Assembly (NCBI GenBank): GCA_016860985.1
Contig: BOKM01000001.1
Coordinates: 156,185-220,184, forward strand
Length of the DNA: 64,000 nt
Direction of reading: 5' to 3'
Source of the DNA: Patescibacteria group bacterium
GTDB taxonomy: Bacteria; Patescibacteriota; Dojkabacteria; GCA-002793355
The translations under genes were made by a program, and so were the position numbers. The notes under the pieces were generated by a model. It had not been told where the DNA came from. It worked only from the letters and a program-made list of their open reading frames with translations, and ran no database searches. This document shows, in pieces, positions 19,705 to 30,822 of this stretch. How positions within the stretch are numbered: the stretch's first letter is position 1; each line of letters opens with the position of its first letter.

Positions 19705-20819
19705 GAATTATACCCAGAGAAGTTAAATACGGCTTTGTTCTTTCTTTTTACAATAATACCTGAACGCTGTAATTTTACCACGAGCGTTTCGAACTTACGT
19801 AAATCTTTGTTCGCAAATCTCCAAAGTATCGGTAAAAGATTTACTAATGCAAGATGACGATATTCCTTTTCAGGGATAATAAGCTGCCCACCAGAAAGAG
19901 ATGTAATCATCGATGTATATCTATCAACTAATTCTGATTGCTCTTCCCAAAACAATACATCATAAAGGCTCTGCACAAAAGAATTATATGGGTTAGCAAT
20001 CGCATACAGCATACCACCGAGAGCTGATTCACACGTAATATCTGGTAAGACAAAATATACGTTTCTTCCATAAGATACGGTCAAGTCGACTGTTGTCAGG
20101 GTACCACTCTTAATTGGTGCTTCAATAACGACTGTTGCATCAGAAAACGCAGCAACGAGGCGATTTCGTGCGATGAACATCCATTTCTCGAGCTGAGAAC
20201 TATTCGGCGGAAACTCTGAAACATAAAGAATTGACTTTTTTGGATTTAAATCAATATCAAGCCGAGGGACAAAGGCAACGGTATCGCCGCCATACTTTTG
20301 TGAATACTGATGAATTAACGAATCAACGCCAACTGCATTTCCAGCTACCGTTGTTATTTTGCAGTATGCAGATTCAAACGCAAACTGCTTTGATTTTTCC
20401 TCGCCGTGTTTACTCGGCTGGCGAGTTCCAACCATTGCAAGTTTGTAGTTCGTTTGCAGTAGTTCCTTATTACCTGTGCAAAATAATATAAAAGGTGGAT
20501 CGCCAATCATTCTAAATTCCTGAGGATAAATGGCATCATCTTGTAAATAGGTATCAATTCCATGCTTATGTAAGTACTTTTGGTACGAAATTGCTTTATG
20601 TTCCCACAAGGGATAGTTTAAAAGAAATGCCTCTGTTTTAGGCAAAATCCGACCTTCCTTGCGTAACTCTCGAACCCGAAAAGCAAATTGAGATACCTCT
20701 TCAGGTACCCACGTCTTCTTTGTGCCGTCAGATGCCCTATGTGCGAATAGTTCAAACAGCAGATGACTTGTCACATAGCCTTTGTGAAGCAAATAAACTG
20801 CAATACTCATAATATCCAT
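19689..20819 (-). CDS. dprA: DNA-processing protein DprA
   Basis: DPPFILF, AMVGTR, ARNRLVAAFS, EAPIKSGTLTT; dprA-topA synteny. Confidence 0.9.
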   Translation of the reverse strand: MDIMSIAVYLLHKGYVTSHLLFELFAHRASDGTKKTWVPEEVSQFAFRVRELRKEGRILPKTEAFLLNYPLWEHKAISYQKYLHKHGIDTYLQDDAIYPQEFRMIGDPPFILFCTGNKELLQTNYKLAMVGTRQPSKHGEEKSKQFAFESAYCKITTVAGNAVGVDSLIHQYSQKYGGDTVAFVPRLDIDLNPKKSILYVSEFPPNSSQLEKWMFIARNRLVAAFSDATVVIEAPIKSGTLTTVDLTVSYGRNVYFVLPDITCESALGGMLYAIANPYNSFVQSLYDVLFWEEQSELVDRYTSMITSLSGGQLIIPEKEYRHLALVNLLPILWRFANKDLRKFETLVVKLQRSGIIVKRKNKAVFNFSGYNSWQKT

Positions 20820-20855
20820 TATGAGCTACTCTAGCATTGAAAAAATGAACCAAAC

Positions 20856-21326
20856 CTACCGCTGAACTGTGTTTCCTTGGCTCATACAGTGCGAGAGCCA
20901 GCTAGCTGGATATGGAATATCCCCTAAGTCTGAGCATAAGGGAACACCCTGCCCAATATATGAAACTTGCCATGCATTATCGACCTTACCGGCAAACCAA
21001 GCAGCGCCCCCCATATCATCAGAGTTTTTTACACTACCCTTTGCAATATTTTCTTCGAGTGTGCCAACCGCGAATTCAAATTTTTCTTCGGGAATACCAC
21101 TTTTTTCTAACACCAGCGTTCGGAGGAGGTCTTCAACAGAGATTGTCGGAGTTGCACTTACCAAAGGTGTTTCAGAGATAATGACTGACGGTGTCGGAGT
21201 GATTGTTGCATTCATATAGGGAGAAATAGGTTGAGTCTTGTTTAAGTATAGAGCCCCACCAATAAGGATTGCTGCCACTACGATTGCGGCAGGCAGAAGA
21301 AATGGTAATAATGACTTACTCTCCAT
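20856..21326 (-). CDS. Hypothetical membrane-anchored protein
   Basis: N-terminal TM, Thr/Pro linker, small C-terminal domain with two Cys. Confidence 0.7.
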   Translation of the reverse strand: MESKSLLPFLLPAAIVVAAILIGGALYLNKTQPISPYMNATITPTPSVIISETPLVSATPTISVEDLLRTLVLEKSGIPEEKFEFAVGTLEENIAKGSVKNSDDMGGAAWFAGKVDNAWQVSYIGQGVPLCSDLGDIPYPASWLSHCMSQGNTVQR

Positions 21327-21383
21327 CTGCGCTATGCAATGAACTTATTAGTTAGTTATACCAGATATTGCAACAAACACCTA

Positions 21384-23012
21384 TTAGTGAACTGAAATAC
21401 CCGATACCTTGTCTCTTTTCTCTGACATTTCACGTGGCAAAAGGCCTGTGGTAATTAAAGCAATGGAGTTAAAAGCAAGAGTCATGACAAGAACCTTCTT
21501 GCTCGCCTCCGAAATTGCAACCTGAGAGATTGTCTTAAGTTTTGAAGCGAACGGTGAATTCGAATTTTCTTTTGAATTGAACGATGAATAATTGACTCCA
21601 CTCGTTTCTATTTGCTCTACGATGGCACCTCTAAATTGGTCCGGAATGTCTGCAGCAGTTTTTACTCCGTTAATAAGAGTCAACGTAATAGTCCCCAAAA
21701 AAACTGCTCCAATTAACGCTGAACCGAAAGAGCTTCCTAATTGTCTCGTAGTGTTGTTAATCCCAGAAGCTTCACCTGCGATATTTGGATCAACAGCCGA
21801 CAACGTGACATTTGCAATTTGTGAGGACGTTAACCCCATACCAATTCCGAGAAGTAACAAACCTACGATGAAATCTGAAGGAGTAGTTGTTGCAGAAATT
21901 TGATTTCTTAGAACGAATATTCCGAATATGCTAAACAGCAATCCAAACTGGATTAAATCTCTCGTCGCAATTTTTTTTCTGAGAACACCCGACAATGGGG
22001 CGACTACGAGTGTTGACAACGATAGAGGTAAAAGGCTTTTTCCTGTTTCAAAGGCATTGAGTCCTACAACTGATTGTAGAAAAACAGGGATAGAAAAGAT
22101 AATTCCCGCTTGCCCAAGAGCCATAATTGAAGTTACAAGTATACCTGCCACAAATTGCTTATTCCTGAAGATTGAAAGTGAAATTAATGGTGTTCTTCCT
22201 TGTTTCTTTATTCGCTTTTCCCAAAGCAGAAATGCCAGAAGAAAAAATAAGCCAATGAGAATGGAAACCGCAGTAATTGATAACCCACCGAAACTCACCT
22301 CAACGTTAGCAATGCTCCATAATTTTTTTGCATAAAACCAACCATACGTCGTTGATTCGATAATACCGTAAACAATTGCAGTCATACTAAGTGAGGACAA
22401 GATAGCCCCAAATACATCGAGCGTATGCGCTTCTTTTCTATCGAAAGATTCCTTAATTACCACTGAGCCTACCAGTACGAGCAAAACAATAACAACATTA
22501 ATTCGAAATGCCCAGTGCCAACTCACATTTGAGGTAAGCCAACCACCAAGTAATGGACCAAAGGCAGATGCTGCCCCTGCAATACCACCCCAAACACCGA
22601 ATGCAATTGCCCTTTCCTTGCCTTGGAAGTTCGAAACCACAAGAGAGGCTGTTGCAGGCAACATTAATGCAGCACCAATTCCCTCAACAAGCGACCATCC
22701 TACTAACAACATACCAGCGCTAGTACTGATTGAAGCAATAAACGAACCCACCCCAAAAAGTGCAGCACCAAACACAAACATCTTTTTTCTCCCGAATAAA
22801 TCACCAAGCCTACCGCCTGTAATGGTAAGAGCAGCAAGCACAAGGGAATAAATAGTGATAATCCATTGCATTGTTTGTAAATCGGTTTTTAAGTCTTTAA
22901 TAATTTCCTGCAGAGATACATTTAATACCGTTGTGTCAATTATAATTATCGCCAAGGCCATACTTGATACTAAAAGTCCAAGCCACTTAAAGAGATTTTC
23001 TTTGTTTTTCAT
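21384..23012 (-). CDS. MFS DHA2 (EmrB/QacA-like) efflux transporter
   Basis: DTTVLNVSL, GGRLGDLFGRKK motif A, GPLLGGWL, about 14 TM. Confidence 0.92.
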   Translation of the reverse strand: MKNKENLFKWLGLLVSSMALAIIIIDTTVLNVSLQEIIKDLKTDLQTMQWIITIYSLVLAALTITGGRLGDLFGRKKMFVFGAALFGVGSFIASISTSAGMLLVGWSLVEGIGAALMLPATASLVVSNFQGKERAIAFGVWGGIAGAASAFGPLLGGWLTSNVSWHWAFRINVVIVLLVLVGSVVIKESFDRKEAHTLDVFGAILSSLSMTAIVYGIIESTTYGWFYAKKLWSIANVEVSFGGLSITAVSILIGLFFLLAFLLWEKRIKKQGRTPLISLSIFRNKQFVAGILVTSIMALGQAGIIFSIPVFLQSVVGLNAFETGKSLLPLSLSTLVVAPLSGVLRKKIATRDLIQFGLLFSIFGIFVLRNQISATTTPSDFIVGLLLLGIGMGLTSSQIANVTLSAVDPNIAGEASGINNTTRQLGSSFGSALIGAVFLGTITLTLINGVKTAADIPDQFRGAIVEQIETSGVNYSSFNSKENSNSPFASKLKTISQVAISEASKKVLVMTLAFNSIALITTGLLPREMSEKRDKVSGISVH

Positions 23013-23262
23013 AGTTTAAAGATGATTTGAGATTACCAGCGGTAATCATCCCTCCTTTCACGTAACATGTCAACAACTACTCTGGACATTACGCATAGTC
23101 CTATAGTATAATACGGTGGCGTGTTAAGGTTGAGGTTTTCCTCACCACTGCTCATTAACAAGTCCTATCTATCACTTCTCCACCACTACTTCTTGCCGAT
23201 AAAAATGCATTTATATAATTGAGCGCATTTTCGTCGGTAAGAAAATAGAATATGGAGAAAAA

Positions 23263-23874
23263 ATGGTACCAAATCTGAAATTCCTCTCGTTCATCTATCG
23301 CTTAGGTCTTGCTTTCCAGAACATTTACGCCGCTCTGGCGTGGTTCTTTGGCGGGCTCGCAAAAATCGTACGCTATCTGGCGCGCGATATCTTTGCCCCG
23401 AACTGGAAGCAGTTCCTTGGTGCGATAGCAGCATTTAGTGCTTTCATGGCATTTTTGCTGTTCGTTGTAGCGCCGGTCCAGGAATGGATCGAAGACCGAG
23501 CAATGATGAAGAACCCCATCATAGCGAATGACGGTGACGAAATCCTCGTAGACGGAAAGAAAGCTATCCGTATTAATTACGAGGGAAAGGTTCATTTGTA
23601 CGAGATCACCGGGGGGGGATTATCAATTGACTACCTCAAATCCAATGACCAGTCCGGCGATGTATTCGTTTGCGCCAACAGCGCATTTCAAAGCGAGTGC
23701 AACCGCCTTTCACCAGGTCAGAGTTTTGAGTTAGTAGATTATGATTCTCCAATAAGGGGTCCTTTGGGTACGGTTACGTTTGTAAAAGATGAAAAAAGCG
23801 GCGACGCCTACATCTTGATAAAAACAACCCGTGAACTTCAGACATTGCCCGAAGAATACCGTGATCATCGCTGA
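23263..23874 (+). CDS. Hypothetical membrane protein
   Basis: 203 aa, GGAG SD upstream, one clear TM segment. Confidence 0.7.
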   Translation: MVPNLKFLSFIYRLGLAFQNIYAALAWFFGGLAKIVRYLARDIFAPNWKQFLGAIAAFSAFMAFLLFVVAPVQEWIEDRAMMKNPIIANDGDEILVDGKKAIRINYEGKVHLYEITGGGLSIDYLKSNDQSGDVFVCANSAFQSECNRLSPGQSFELVDYDSPIRGPLGTVTFVKDEKSGDAYILIKTTRELQTLPEEYRDHR

Positions 23875-23896
23875 TAGTTAGGCGCGTTAATGCACT

Positions 23897-23931
23897 CCAG
23901 CTGGGGGTTTTGAATAAAAATTTCCAGCTGG
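23897..23931. terminator. Hairpin between convergent genes
   Basis: CCAGCTGGGGG...TTTCCAGCTGG inverted repeat. Confidence 0.5.
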
Positions 23932-24717
23932 TTAACGTTTTTTATGCAATTTCTCGATTGCTTGTATTACAGCAGCTGCCAACGCTGTCGGTTTTTTGTT
24001 AAACGCGCCATGCCCAATCCCCTTAACAACAATGATATTTTCGTCTGGAATTCCAGAGTTATTTTGCAAAACCTCTTGTTCGCCATAAATAAATACACAT
24101 TCCGGATGTAGCGTAGGATCAGAAAAACTCGTTAATAAGGCGATCAGCGTGTCATATGCACCATACATAGAAACTTTTTTGGCATTCCACACATGCTTAC
24201 GGCTTGAGTTCTCAGTTACCCGAGCAATGGAACCATAGGCCATTTTTACTAAAGCATCACGTAATGGGGAGATTCTTCTCACGATTTTCATTGCGACTTT
24301 CGACTGCAAAAGCAATTTTCCGTACCACGGTGCTTCAGAACCAAACGCTCGAAGAGGAGCTGAAATGAGAATCATTGGCGTATTTGCATCATACTTTTTT
24401 GCATAATGGGTAGCTATTTGAGTACCCATAGAAAAACCAACCAGAATAAATTCTTGTTGCTGCAATTTGTTCACGATTTCATGCACAATTTCTGCTAAAT
24501 ACTCCATACTCATTGCCATTGGTGAAGAATCGGAGTCCCCATAGCCAGGCCAAGAAATAGTGACAACGTGGAACTTTGTGATTAAGGCATCAATAAATAG
24601 CCCTTCCTCATGAAATTGATGAGTCCAGCCGGATAGTAACAAAAGTAGTGGACCTTTAGTTTCACTATCAAAATAGGATATGTGAGTCTTACCAATTGTG
24701 ATGAGTTTTTCTTTCAT
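23932..24717 (-). CDS. Alpha/beta hydrolase
   Basis: PGYGDS, GFSMG nucleophile elbow, GIGH; start ATG 24717 (the longer ORF overlaps tRNA-Gln). Confidence 0.85.
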   Translation of the reverse strand: MKEKLITIGKTHISYFDSETKGPLLLLLSGWTHQFHEEGLFIDALITKFHVVTISWPGYGDSDSSPMAMSMEYLAEIVHEIVNKLQQQEFILVGFSMGTQIATHYAKKYDANTPMILISAPLRAFGSEAPWYGKLLLQSKVAMKIVRRISPLRDALVKMAYGSIARVTENSSRKHVWNAKKVSMYGAYDTLIALLTSFSDPTLHPECVFIYGEQEVLQNNSGIPDENIIVVKGIGHGAFNKKPTALAAAVIQAIEKLHKKR

Positions 24718-24726
24718 AGTTGCATA

Positions 24727-24797
24727 TTGCCGGGCTTGGATTCGAACCAAAACTGGCGGTTCCAGAGACCGCTGTCCTACCATTAGACGACCCGGCA
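24727..24797 (-). tRNA. tRNA-Gln(CTG)
   Basis: TGCCGGG/CCCGGCA acceptor, GCGGT-CT CTG GA-ACCGC anticodon arm, GGTTCGAATCC T-arm; no encoded CCA; downstream of gltX. Confidence 0.95.
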
Positions 24798-24807
24798 ATA
24801 ACGTACA

Positions 24808-26352
24808 TTACTTACTTGAAAACTGCTCAAAGCGCTGCCCAACAAAATCCCTGCCAGCCAACACCATAAATTCACGAAGTGGTGGAGAAATCTTTTTGCC
24901 AGTCACAATTACACGAAGGACCATAAATAAGTCGCCGTGCTTAAGGTTATACCTATCGGCCAGGGCTCTTACTGCTGGTTCCCAAAGTTCTTGTTCCCAG
25001 GTTGGTAATTTTTCAAGTGCGTCTCGCAAATTATAAACGATTTCCGTTCTTTTCTCAACGTCTGGCAGTACCGAAGCTACCGATTCGTGGTCAAAACCAG
25101 CGTCTTCTTGCCATAATACCGAAAACCAATCGTATATGTCTGTCAGTCGCTTAACTCGCTGTTGCACAATTGCTAGTAGACTTTCAGCACGAGCACGATC
25201 AGCAGTAAGATACTGTTTTAATTCGCTTACTTTTGTACGCATTTCTTCCAGCTCCTCGGTTACACCACGTATCTCGTCAACCACATTATTTTGAAGCACA
25301 ACTTCTGCCCAAGCAAGAACCCGATCGTAAAGTTGAGAAGGTGTCAGTTTACCAATCCAGACAGCGTTAAAAGAATCGAGCTTTTCGACTTCAAACCTCC
25401 CCGCTGATTTTTTAATTCTCTTTGGATCAAAATTTTTGATTAAATAATCAACGTCGTAGATTTCGTCTTTATGTGCGACTTCTGGGGCGGGGTTCCACCC
25501 AATAAGCGCAACAAAATTAATAATTGCTTCTTTAATATAGCCTTTACGAATAAAATCAATTACTGCAACATTCCCCTTTCGTTTGCTCAATTTTCCTTTG
25601 CCATCTGGATTAAGCACAAGCGGCACATGTAGATATGTTGGCATCTGAGCTCCAAGATAACGGTACAGCAACACTTGCTTTGGAATACTTGGAATATATT
25701 CGGAGCCTCTGACTGCGTGAGTAATATTCATGAGCATGTCATCAACCACGACCGCAAGATGATATGTTGGAAGTCCATCAGATTTAAGCAGTACCTGCTC
25801 GTTGGTATCGCTGGAATTAAAGGATATTTTCTTTCCGATGACTGGTTCTTCGTATTCAATTGTTTCGTTTTCTGGTACTTTCATTCTCACTACGTAAGAT
25901 TCTCCTGCTGCGATTCGTTTTTCAATCTCTTCTTGAGACAAAGTTTTACAAAGCCCATCATAGTGGGGGCGAATTTTCATCATTTTTTGTTCCTCTTTAA
26001 GTTGAGCAAGTCGCTCTGCCGAACAAAAACAACGATACGCATTCCCTTCCTCTACCATTTTTAACGCATACTCTTTGTAGATTTCTTCACGCTGTGTTTG
26101 AAAATACGGTCCAAATTCTCCACCCTCACGTGGACCTTCGTCTGCAGTTATTCCAAGAAAATCGAGCGACTGATACAAAGACTCCACACCACCTTTAACT
26201 GATCGCTTTACGTCAGTATCTTCGATTCGCATAACGAGCTTCCCATTTTCTGCTTGTTTTGCCATTAAGTAATCGAACAAAAAGGTTCGTGCTGTTCCAA
26301 TGTGAATCCAGCCGGTTGGGCTCGGAGCCATACGTACTCTGACAGATGACAT
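24808..26352 (-). CDS. gltX: Glutamate-tRNA ligase (probably non-discriminating)
   Basis: RMAPSPTGWIHIG, RIEDTD, KLSKR; gatCA present in the window. Confidence 0.96.
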   Translation of the reverse strand: MSSVRVRMAPSPTGWIHIGTARTFLFDYLMAKQAENGKLVMRIEDTDVKRSVKGGVESLYQSLDFLGITADEGPREGGEFGPYFQTQREEIYKEYALKMVEEGNAYRCFCSAERLAQLKEEQKMMKIRPHYDGLCKTLSQEEIEKRIAAGESYVVRMKVPENETIEYEEPVIGKKISFNSSDTNEQVLLKSDGLPTYHLAVVVDDMLMNITHAVRGSEYIPSIPKQVLLYRYLGAQMPTYLHVPLVLNPDGKGKLSKRKGNVAVIDFIRKGYIKEAIINFVALIGWNPAPEVAHKDEIYDVDYLIKNFDPKRIKKSAGRFEVEKLDSFNAVWIGKLTPSQLYDRVLAWAEVVLQNNVVDEIRGVTEELEEMRTKVSELKQYLTADRARAESLLAIVQQRVKRLTDIYDWFSVLWQEDAGFDHESVASVLPDVEKRTEIVYNLRDALEKLPTWEQELWEPAVRALADRYNLKHGDLFMVLRVIVTGKKISPPLREFMVLAGRDFVGQRFEQFSSK

Positions 26353-26396
26353 AACTTCTGATACAATCAATTCAATAGGTTCATTATATCAAACAA

Positions 26397-27644
26397 ATGA
26401 CACTCACAGAAACAGTATTTTGGACAAAAATCGCCTCAAAATTCGTTGGAGCATTCGTTGTTCTTATTATCGTAGGCTATTACGCTTATATATATGTGAT
26501 TTCGCTCACCAGAACACCCGAGCAGGTCTTTAGACCAGATAATAAGTGCGGGTCACTCCCTGAAATTGCAATTGAAGCGCAAGAAGGGGCCAGTTACGGA
26601 AACGCGGTCTTCCAAGTTACGGCACTCTCAACATCTCTACCCGACAATTATGAAAAAGCACCTCTTATAACTTATGTTTACAAAACTGACGTGCGCGGTG
26701 AGACTTTTGAAACACGAGATTTGGCCTACTCCATTGCAAAAGACCTTGAATTTGAAACACCTGTCGAACATACCGCTGGTTCCACTGTATATGTTTGGAG
26801 GAATAAGGGTTTAAGCTCAACCCTCACCTTTAATACCGATACCTTTAACTTCACTTATTTGCGAGACAATTCTGTATTACCCAAGATTCCAAATACCGAA
26901 CTTCCTGGCACCACTTTTAAAGCACCTGAGTATGCTTCTAATTATCTTCGAGCGTTAGGGTTGTACACTGCAGAATTTGCAAACGGGAAATCCTTTTCTT
27001 ACCCAGTTGTTATGTCACAAGGAAAGTCGTTTCTTGCTGAATCACTTTTTACTGCACAATTAGTTCGCGTAGACTTCCAAAAGGTTGTGCCTATGCTGTT
27101 TTATGACAAGCAAGTTGTCTCGCCAACATATAATTCACCTGCACTTATTGACTTTGTAAAATTCATTGAATTAGCAAAGAAAAAAGGTGAAAAGGATGAA
27201 AGTCATGCCAAGTTTTATGCACGCAGAGTAGGAAGAACTCCAGAAACTGCAAACGTACAGGTGTATCTGAGAAGCCAAGTAGGAAACCCAGCACGAGGAC
27301 TCCAACAACTTATCTATAACAACTGGAAGGTCGAGGAAACTCCTTGCGGAACGGCATCTATCATTAGACCTTCTTCTGCAATTTTGAAGATTCAAAAAGG
27401 AGAAGGTACTATTGCGTATCTCGCTCCAAAAGGCGGAGATCCATTACAGCCGAAATCAGTTGATCCATTGCGTGAAATTAATCTTTATAACCTAGAACTC
27501 ACCTACTACGAAGCAAATACAATCCAACCCTATCTGCAACCCATCTACGTAGCGACAGGAGAAGTCGTTTACGAAAATGGCGCACGCGGTGACATTGCAA
27601 TTTATGTACCTGCAATTGATTACGGTTTACAGCCAAAAAAGTAA
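26397..27644 (+). CDS. Hypothetical membrane-anchored extracytoplasmic protein
   Basis: 415 aa, N-terminal TM, C-terminal YLQPIY...YVPAI. Confidence 0.8.
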   Translation: MTLTETVFWTKIASKFVGAFVVLIIVGYYAYIYVISLTRTPEQVFRPDNKCGSLPEIAIEAQEGASYGNAVFQVTALSTSLPDNYEKAPLITYVYKTDVRGETFETRDLAYSIAKDLEFETPVEHTAGSTVYVWRNKGLSSTLTFNTDTFNFTYLRDNSVLPKIPNTELPGTTFKAPEYASNYLRALGLYTAEFANGKSFSYPVVMSQGKSFLAESLFTAQLVRVDFQKVVPMLFYDKQVVSPTYNSPALIDFVKFIELAKKKGEKDESHAKFYARRVGRTPETANVQVYLRSQVGNPARGLQQLIYNNWKVEETPCGTASIIRPSSAILKIQKGEGTIAYLAPKGGDPLQPKSVDPLREINLYNLELTYYEANTIQPYLQPIYVATGEVVYENGARGDIAIYVPAIDYGLQPKK

Positions 27645-27687
27645 TAGCTAGCATTAATCTAGAAATATATAATGGCCCAATTGAACG

Positions 27688-29397
27688 CTATTGTTTCTCT
27701 TCTACCATTGGGAGCGTATCTAGTATTTCATCAACAAAGAAAGACAATTGCATTTGCCCCCTATATTCATCCCGCTTAGGACGGCCAATAAGTACGACTT
27801 CGCTACCCTGTTCAAGTTTTGTAGCAAGATGCAGGGCGTCAAATGCAAGGGCAGATATTGGTCCCTCTGCCGTTTTTAATTGTATTCGTAAATGGGTACC
27901 TTGTTGCCCAAAGAATGAATACGTTTCAACTTTTCCTTTAACTGCAAACAGTGGTGATTCATTTTTATGTCCAAATGGTTCTAAATTGCTAAGCTGCAGA
28001 AAGAAATTTTCCTGTAACTCAGACACAACAATAAGCGAATCCACATATTGAATATATTGCGGAATATAAGTCTGGTATTCCGTTTTTAGTAGTGCATCGG
28101 CCTTATTTATCAGCGCAGGTAGATTCGCAGCCGACAAAGAGAAACCTGCAGCATTATGGTGACCTCCAAAACGATCAAGATGTTCTTGCATTTTGGCAAG
28201 AAATCCAGTGATATCGAATTCACCGAAACTTCGGGCGGAGCCTTTTGCTTGTCCTTTATTTGTGTCAATGGATATTGCGAGGGTTGGTAGATGGTACTTG
28301 TTCATGAGCTTACCTGCTACAAGCCCAATTATCCCGTCTTCCCATTCTTCGACTGCAACAACAATGATTTTTTCACCGATAACCTTTATCGCTTTTTCGG
28401 CTTCTTCTATCATTTTTTTTGTTAATTCTTGCCGTTTCGTATTTATCTCGTGCGCTTCTCGTGCAAATTCACGAGCTTTCTCTATATTGTCTGTACTGAG
28501 TAAGCGCGTACTGGTGTACTGATTGCCGATTCTTCCACTTGCATTGAGCCTCGGCCCTAGCACATACCCCATATGGTATGACGTGACCTCGGGCAACCGA
28601 ACTTGCGATACTTCCGACAATACCCTTACCCCTATTGTTGGATTCACCCTCATTTTTTGAATTGCTCTCTTTAGAATTACTCTATTCTCGCCAAGTAGCG
28701 GCATAATGTCAGTAACTAAAGAGATGCCCGCAAGGTCAACAACGGAATCAGAAAATTCATGCGTTAAATGCAAAAACTCTTCCACATAGCGAACAATTTT
28801 CCATACCACCACTCCACCTGAGGTATATTTATTCTCTGCTTCATGCCCTGGGTACAAAGGATGAACAACGCAGCACGTTGGAAAGGTATCACCTGGCTGA
28901 TGGTGATCAGTAACAATAATCTCCATCTTCGTTTCTTTTGTAACTCTTTCTATCAGCTCTTTATCTCTGACGCCACAATCGACCGAAATTACCAAATCTG
29001 CTCCCTGCTGCGCAAGCTTTATTAATGCATCGTAATTCAAGCCATAGCCTTCTTCGTGCCGCTCTGGAATATAGACGGTAACATTCATTTCAAGCACCCG
29101 CGAAAGAAAACGGAAGAGTATAGATGCTGCTACAGCTCCGTCAGCATCGTAGTCGCCGTAAATTACTACTTTTGAGCCTTTGCTTTTATGCGATAGTAAC
29201 GTTTCAGTACATTGTTTTACGTTATAGAGATCGTCACCTACCGAGATATCAGCAATTTTGCTAAATGCCTGTATTTCAGGAATCGTTCGCAAATTTCGGT
29301 ACCAAAAGATACGCGCAAGCGCTTCTGAGCCAAGATATGTCGTTAATTCGCGAAGCTCCTCGATTGGTGGTGATTCACGAAGCCAGTATTGCTTCAT
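27688..29397 (-). CDS. recJ: ssDNA exonuclease RecJ
   Basis: YGDYDADG, SVDCG, TDHH, PRLNASGR, GSARS, GGHHNAAG. Confidence 0.96.
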   Translation of the reverse strand: MKQYWLRESPPIEELRELTTYLGSEALARIFWYRNLRTIPEIQAFSKIADISVGDDLYNVKQCTETLLSHKSKGSKVVIYGDYDADGAVAASILFRFLSRVLEMNVTVYIPERHEEGYGLNYDALIKLAQQGADLVISVDCGVRDKELIERVTKETKMEIIVTDHHQPGDTFPTCCVVHPLYPGHEAENKYTSGGVVVWKIVRYVEEFLHLTHEFSDSVVDLAGISLVTDIMPLLGENRVILKRAIQKMRVNPTIGVRVLSEVSQVRLPEVTSYHMGYVLGPRLNASGRIGNQYTSTRLLSTDNIEKAREFAREAHEINTKRQELTKKMIEEAEKAIKVIGEKIIVVAVEEWEDGIIGLVAGKLMNKYHLPTLAISIDTNKGQAKGSARSFGEFDITGFLAKMQEHLDRFGGHHNAAGFSLSAANLPALINKADALLKTEYQTYIPQYIQYVDSLIVVSELQENFFLQLSNLEPFGHKNESPLFAVKGKVETYSFFGQQGTHLRIQLKTAEGPISALAFDALHLATKLEQGSEVVLIGRPKRDEYRGQMQLSFFVDEILDTLPMVEEKQ

Positions 29398-29406
29398 GCT
29401 TGTTGA

Positions 29407-30468
29407 TTACAATACCTTTTCAAGTACAACTTTTCGAATTTTTTCTTGAACTTCAGGATGCTCACGAAGATACTCGACTACAGCTTCTTTTCCTTGTCCA
29501 ATCTTCTCTCCATCCATGCTATACCAAGCTCCCGCTTGATCTATACTTCCGTACTTCACACCTGCTTCAAAGATACTGCTTACCTTATCAATTCCAGAAG
29601 CAAAACGAATATCAAAGAACGCATTTCGGAATGGAGGAGCAACTTTATTCTTTACAATTTTAACCTCTCTTGTGTGACCAAGTAGTTCGCCGTTCTTTGT
29701 AATCTCTTCTCTTCTTCGGATATCAAGGCGCAAGCTGCAGTAAAACTTTAGAGCGTTACCACCTGTTGTAGTTTCTGGATTACCAAACTTCACACCTAGA
29801 TTTAATCGAATTTGATTTAGGAAGATTACAACACAGTTTGATTTTGCGGTAAGAGGGGTAATTTTACGCAAAGCCTGCGACATTAATCGAGCCTGCAATC
29901 CCATGTGAACATCTCCCATTTCCCCATCGACCTCTGCCTTTGGTACTAACGCAGCAACTGAGTCAACTACAATTACATCGAAGGCACCCGAACGAATCAA
30001 AGTCTCAAGAATATCAAGTGCTTGTTCGCCGAAATCTGGCTGCGACACATAAAGATCATTAACATCAACGCCAATTTTCTTTGCATAACCTGGATCGAGA
30101 GCATGTTCTGCATCAATAAAAGCCGCTTTACCACCAGCCTTTTGGGACTCTGCAACAATACTGAGGGCTAACGTGGTTTTACCAGACGCTTCAGGTCCGT
30201 AGATCTCCATAACTCTCCCTCTTGGAACACCACCAACTCCGAGAGCAGCATCAAGTGAAAGTGCACCAGTTGAAATTACTTCGACATTGAGGCGCTTTTT
30301 GGAACCTAAACGCATAATGCTGCCATCGCCGAACTTCTTTTCGATCATCGACATTGCAGCGTCGATAATCTTTTGCTTTTCGTCATTTGACTTTGCAGCT
30401 ACAGACTCAACTGAATCAGCTCCGACTACAACATCTGAAACCTCATTTTTTGTTTTTGACTTTGCCAT
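29407..30468 (-). CDS. recA: Recombinase A
   Basis: [41 protein letters not shown]. Confidence 0.99.
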   Translation of the reverse strand: MAKSKTKNEVSDVVVGADSVESVAAKSNDEKQKIIDAAMSMIEKKFGDGSIMRLGSKKRLNVEVISTGALSLDAALGVGGVPRGRVMEIYGPEASGKTTLALSIVAESQKAGGKAAFIDAEHALDPGYAKKIGVDVNDLYVSQPDFGEQALDILETLIRSGAFDVIVVDSVAALVPKAEVDGEMGDVHMGLQARLMSQALRKITPLTAKSNCVVIFLNQIRLNLGVKFGNPETTTGGNALKFYCSLRLDIRRREEITKNGELLGHTREVKIVKNKVAPPFRNAFFDIRFASGIDKVSSIFEAGVKYGSIDQAGAWYSMDGEKIGQGKEAVVEYLREHPEVQEKIRKVVLEKVL

Positions 30469-30522
30469 ATGAATATTTCTAACTTACTGCTCCAATTATA
30501 CCCTACGTAAAAGCAATAATGT

Positions 30523-30819
30523 TTATCTCGATAACAATTGGTCTAGATTGTCATCTGACGCTGCTTTATTAACCCCTTCTTTCCCACATTTTCTGCATTT
30601 GAATCGCAGTATATATTTACCCTGTTTGTATTCATAATCTATTACATCCATGAGCCCTTGGCACACCTCTTTTCGGTCACCAGGAATAATATCAACATGT
30701 TTGGACACTAGGCAATGAGGACAATGATTCCTTGAGGTTTTTTGCGCAGGAAGTACCTCAAGTCCACAAGCTTCACACACAAAACCCAAATTCAATTTTC
30801 GGAAATCTTCGGCAGCCAT
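30523..30819 (-). CDS. RNHCP-domain zinc-binding protein
   Basis: FVCEACG...RNHCPHCLVSKHVD..PGDR. Confidence 0.9.
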   Translation of the reverse strand: MAAEDFRKLNLGFVCEACGLEVLPAQKTSRNHCPHCLVSKHVDIIPGDRKEVCQGLMDVIDYEYKQGKYILRFKCRKCGKEGVNKAASDDNLDQLLSR

Positions 30820-30822
30820 AAC

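Noticed and set aside
24718-24798. N-terminal extension of the hydrolase ORF (start 24798)
   Set aside because: It is the tRNA-Gln sequence read in frame; the real start is ATG 24717
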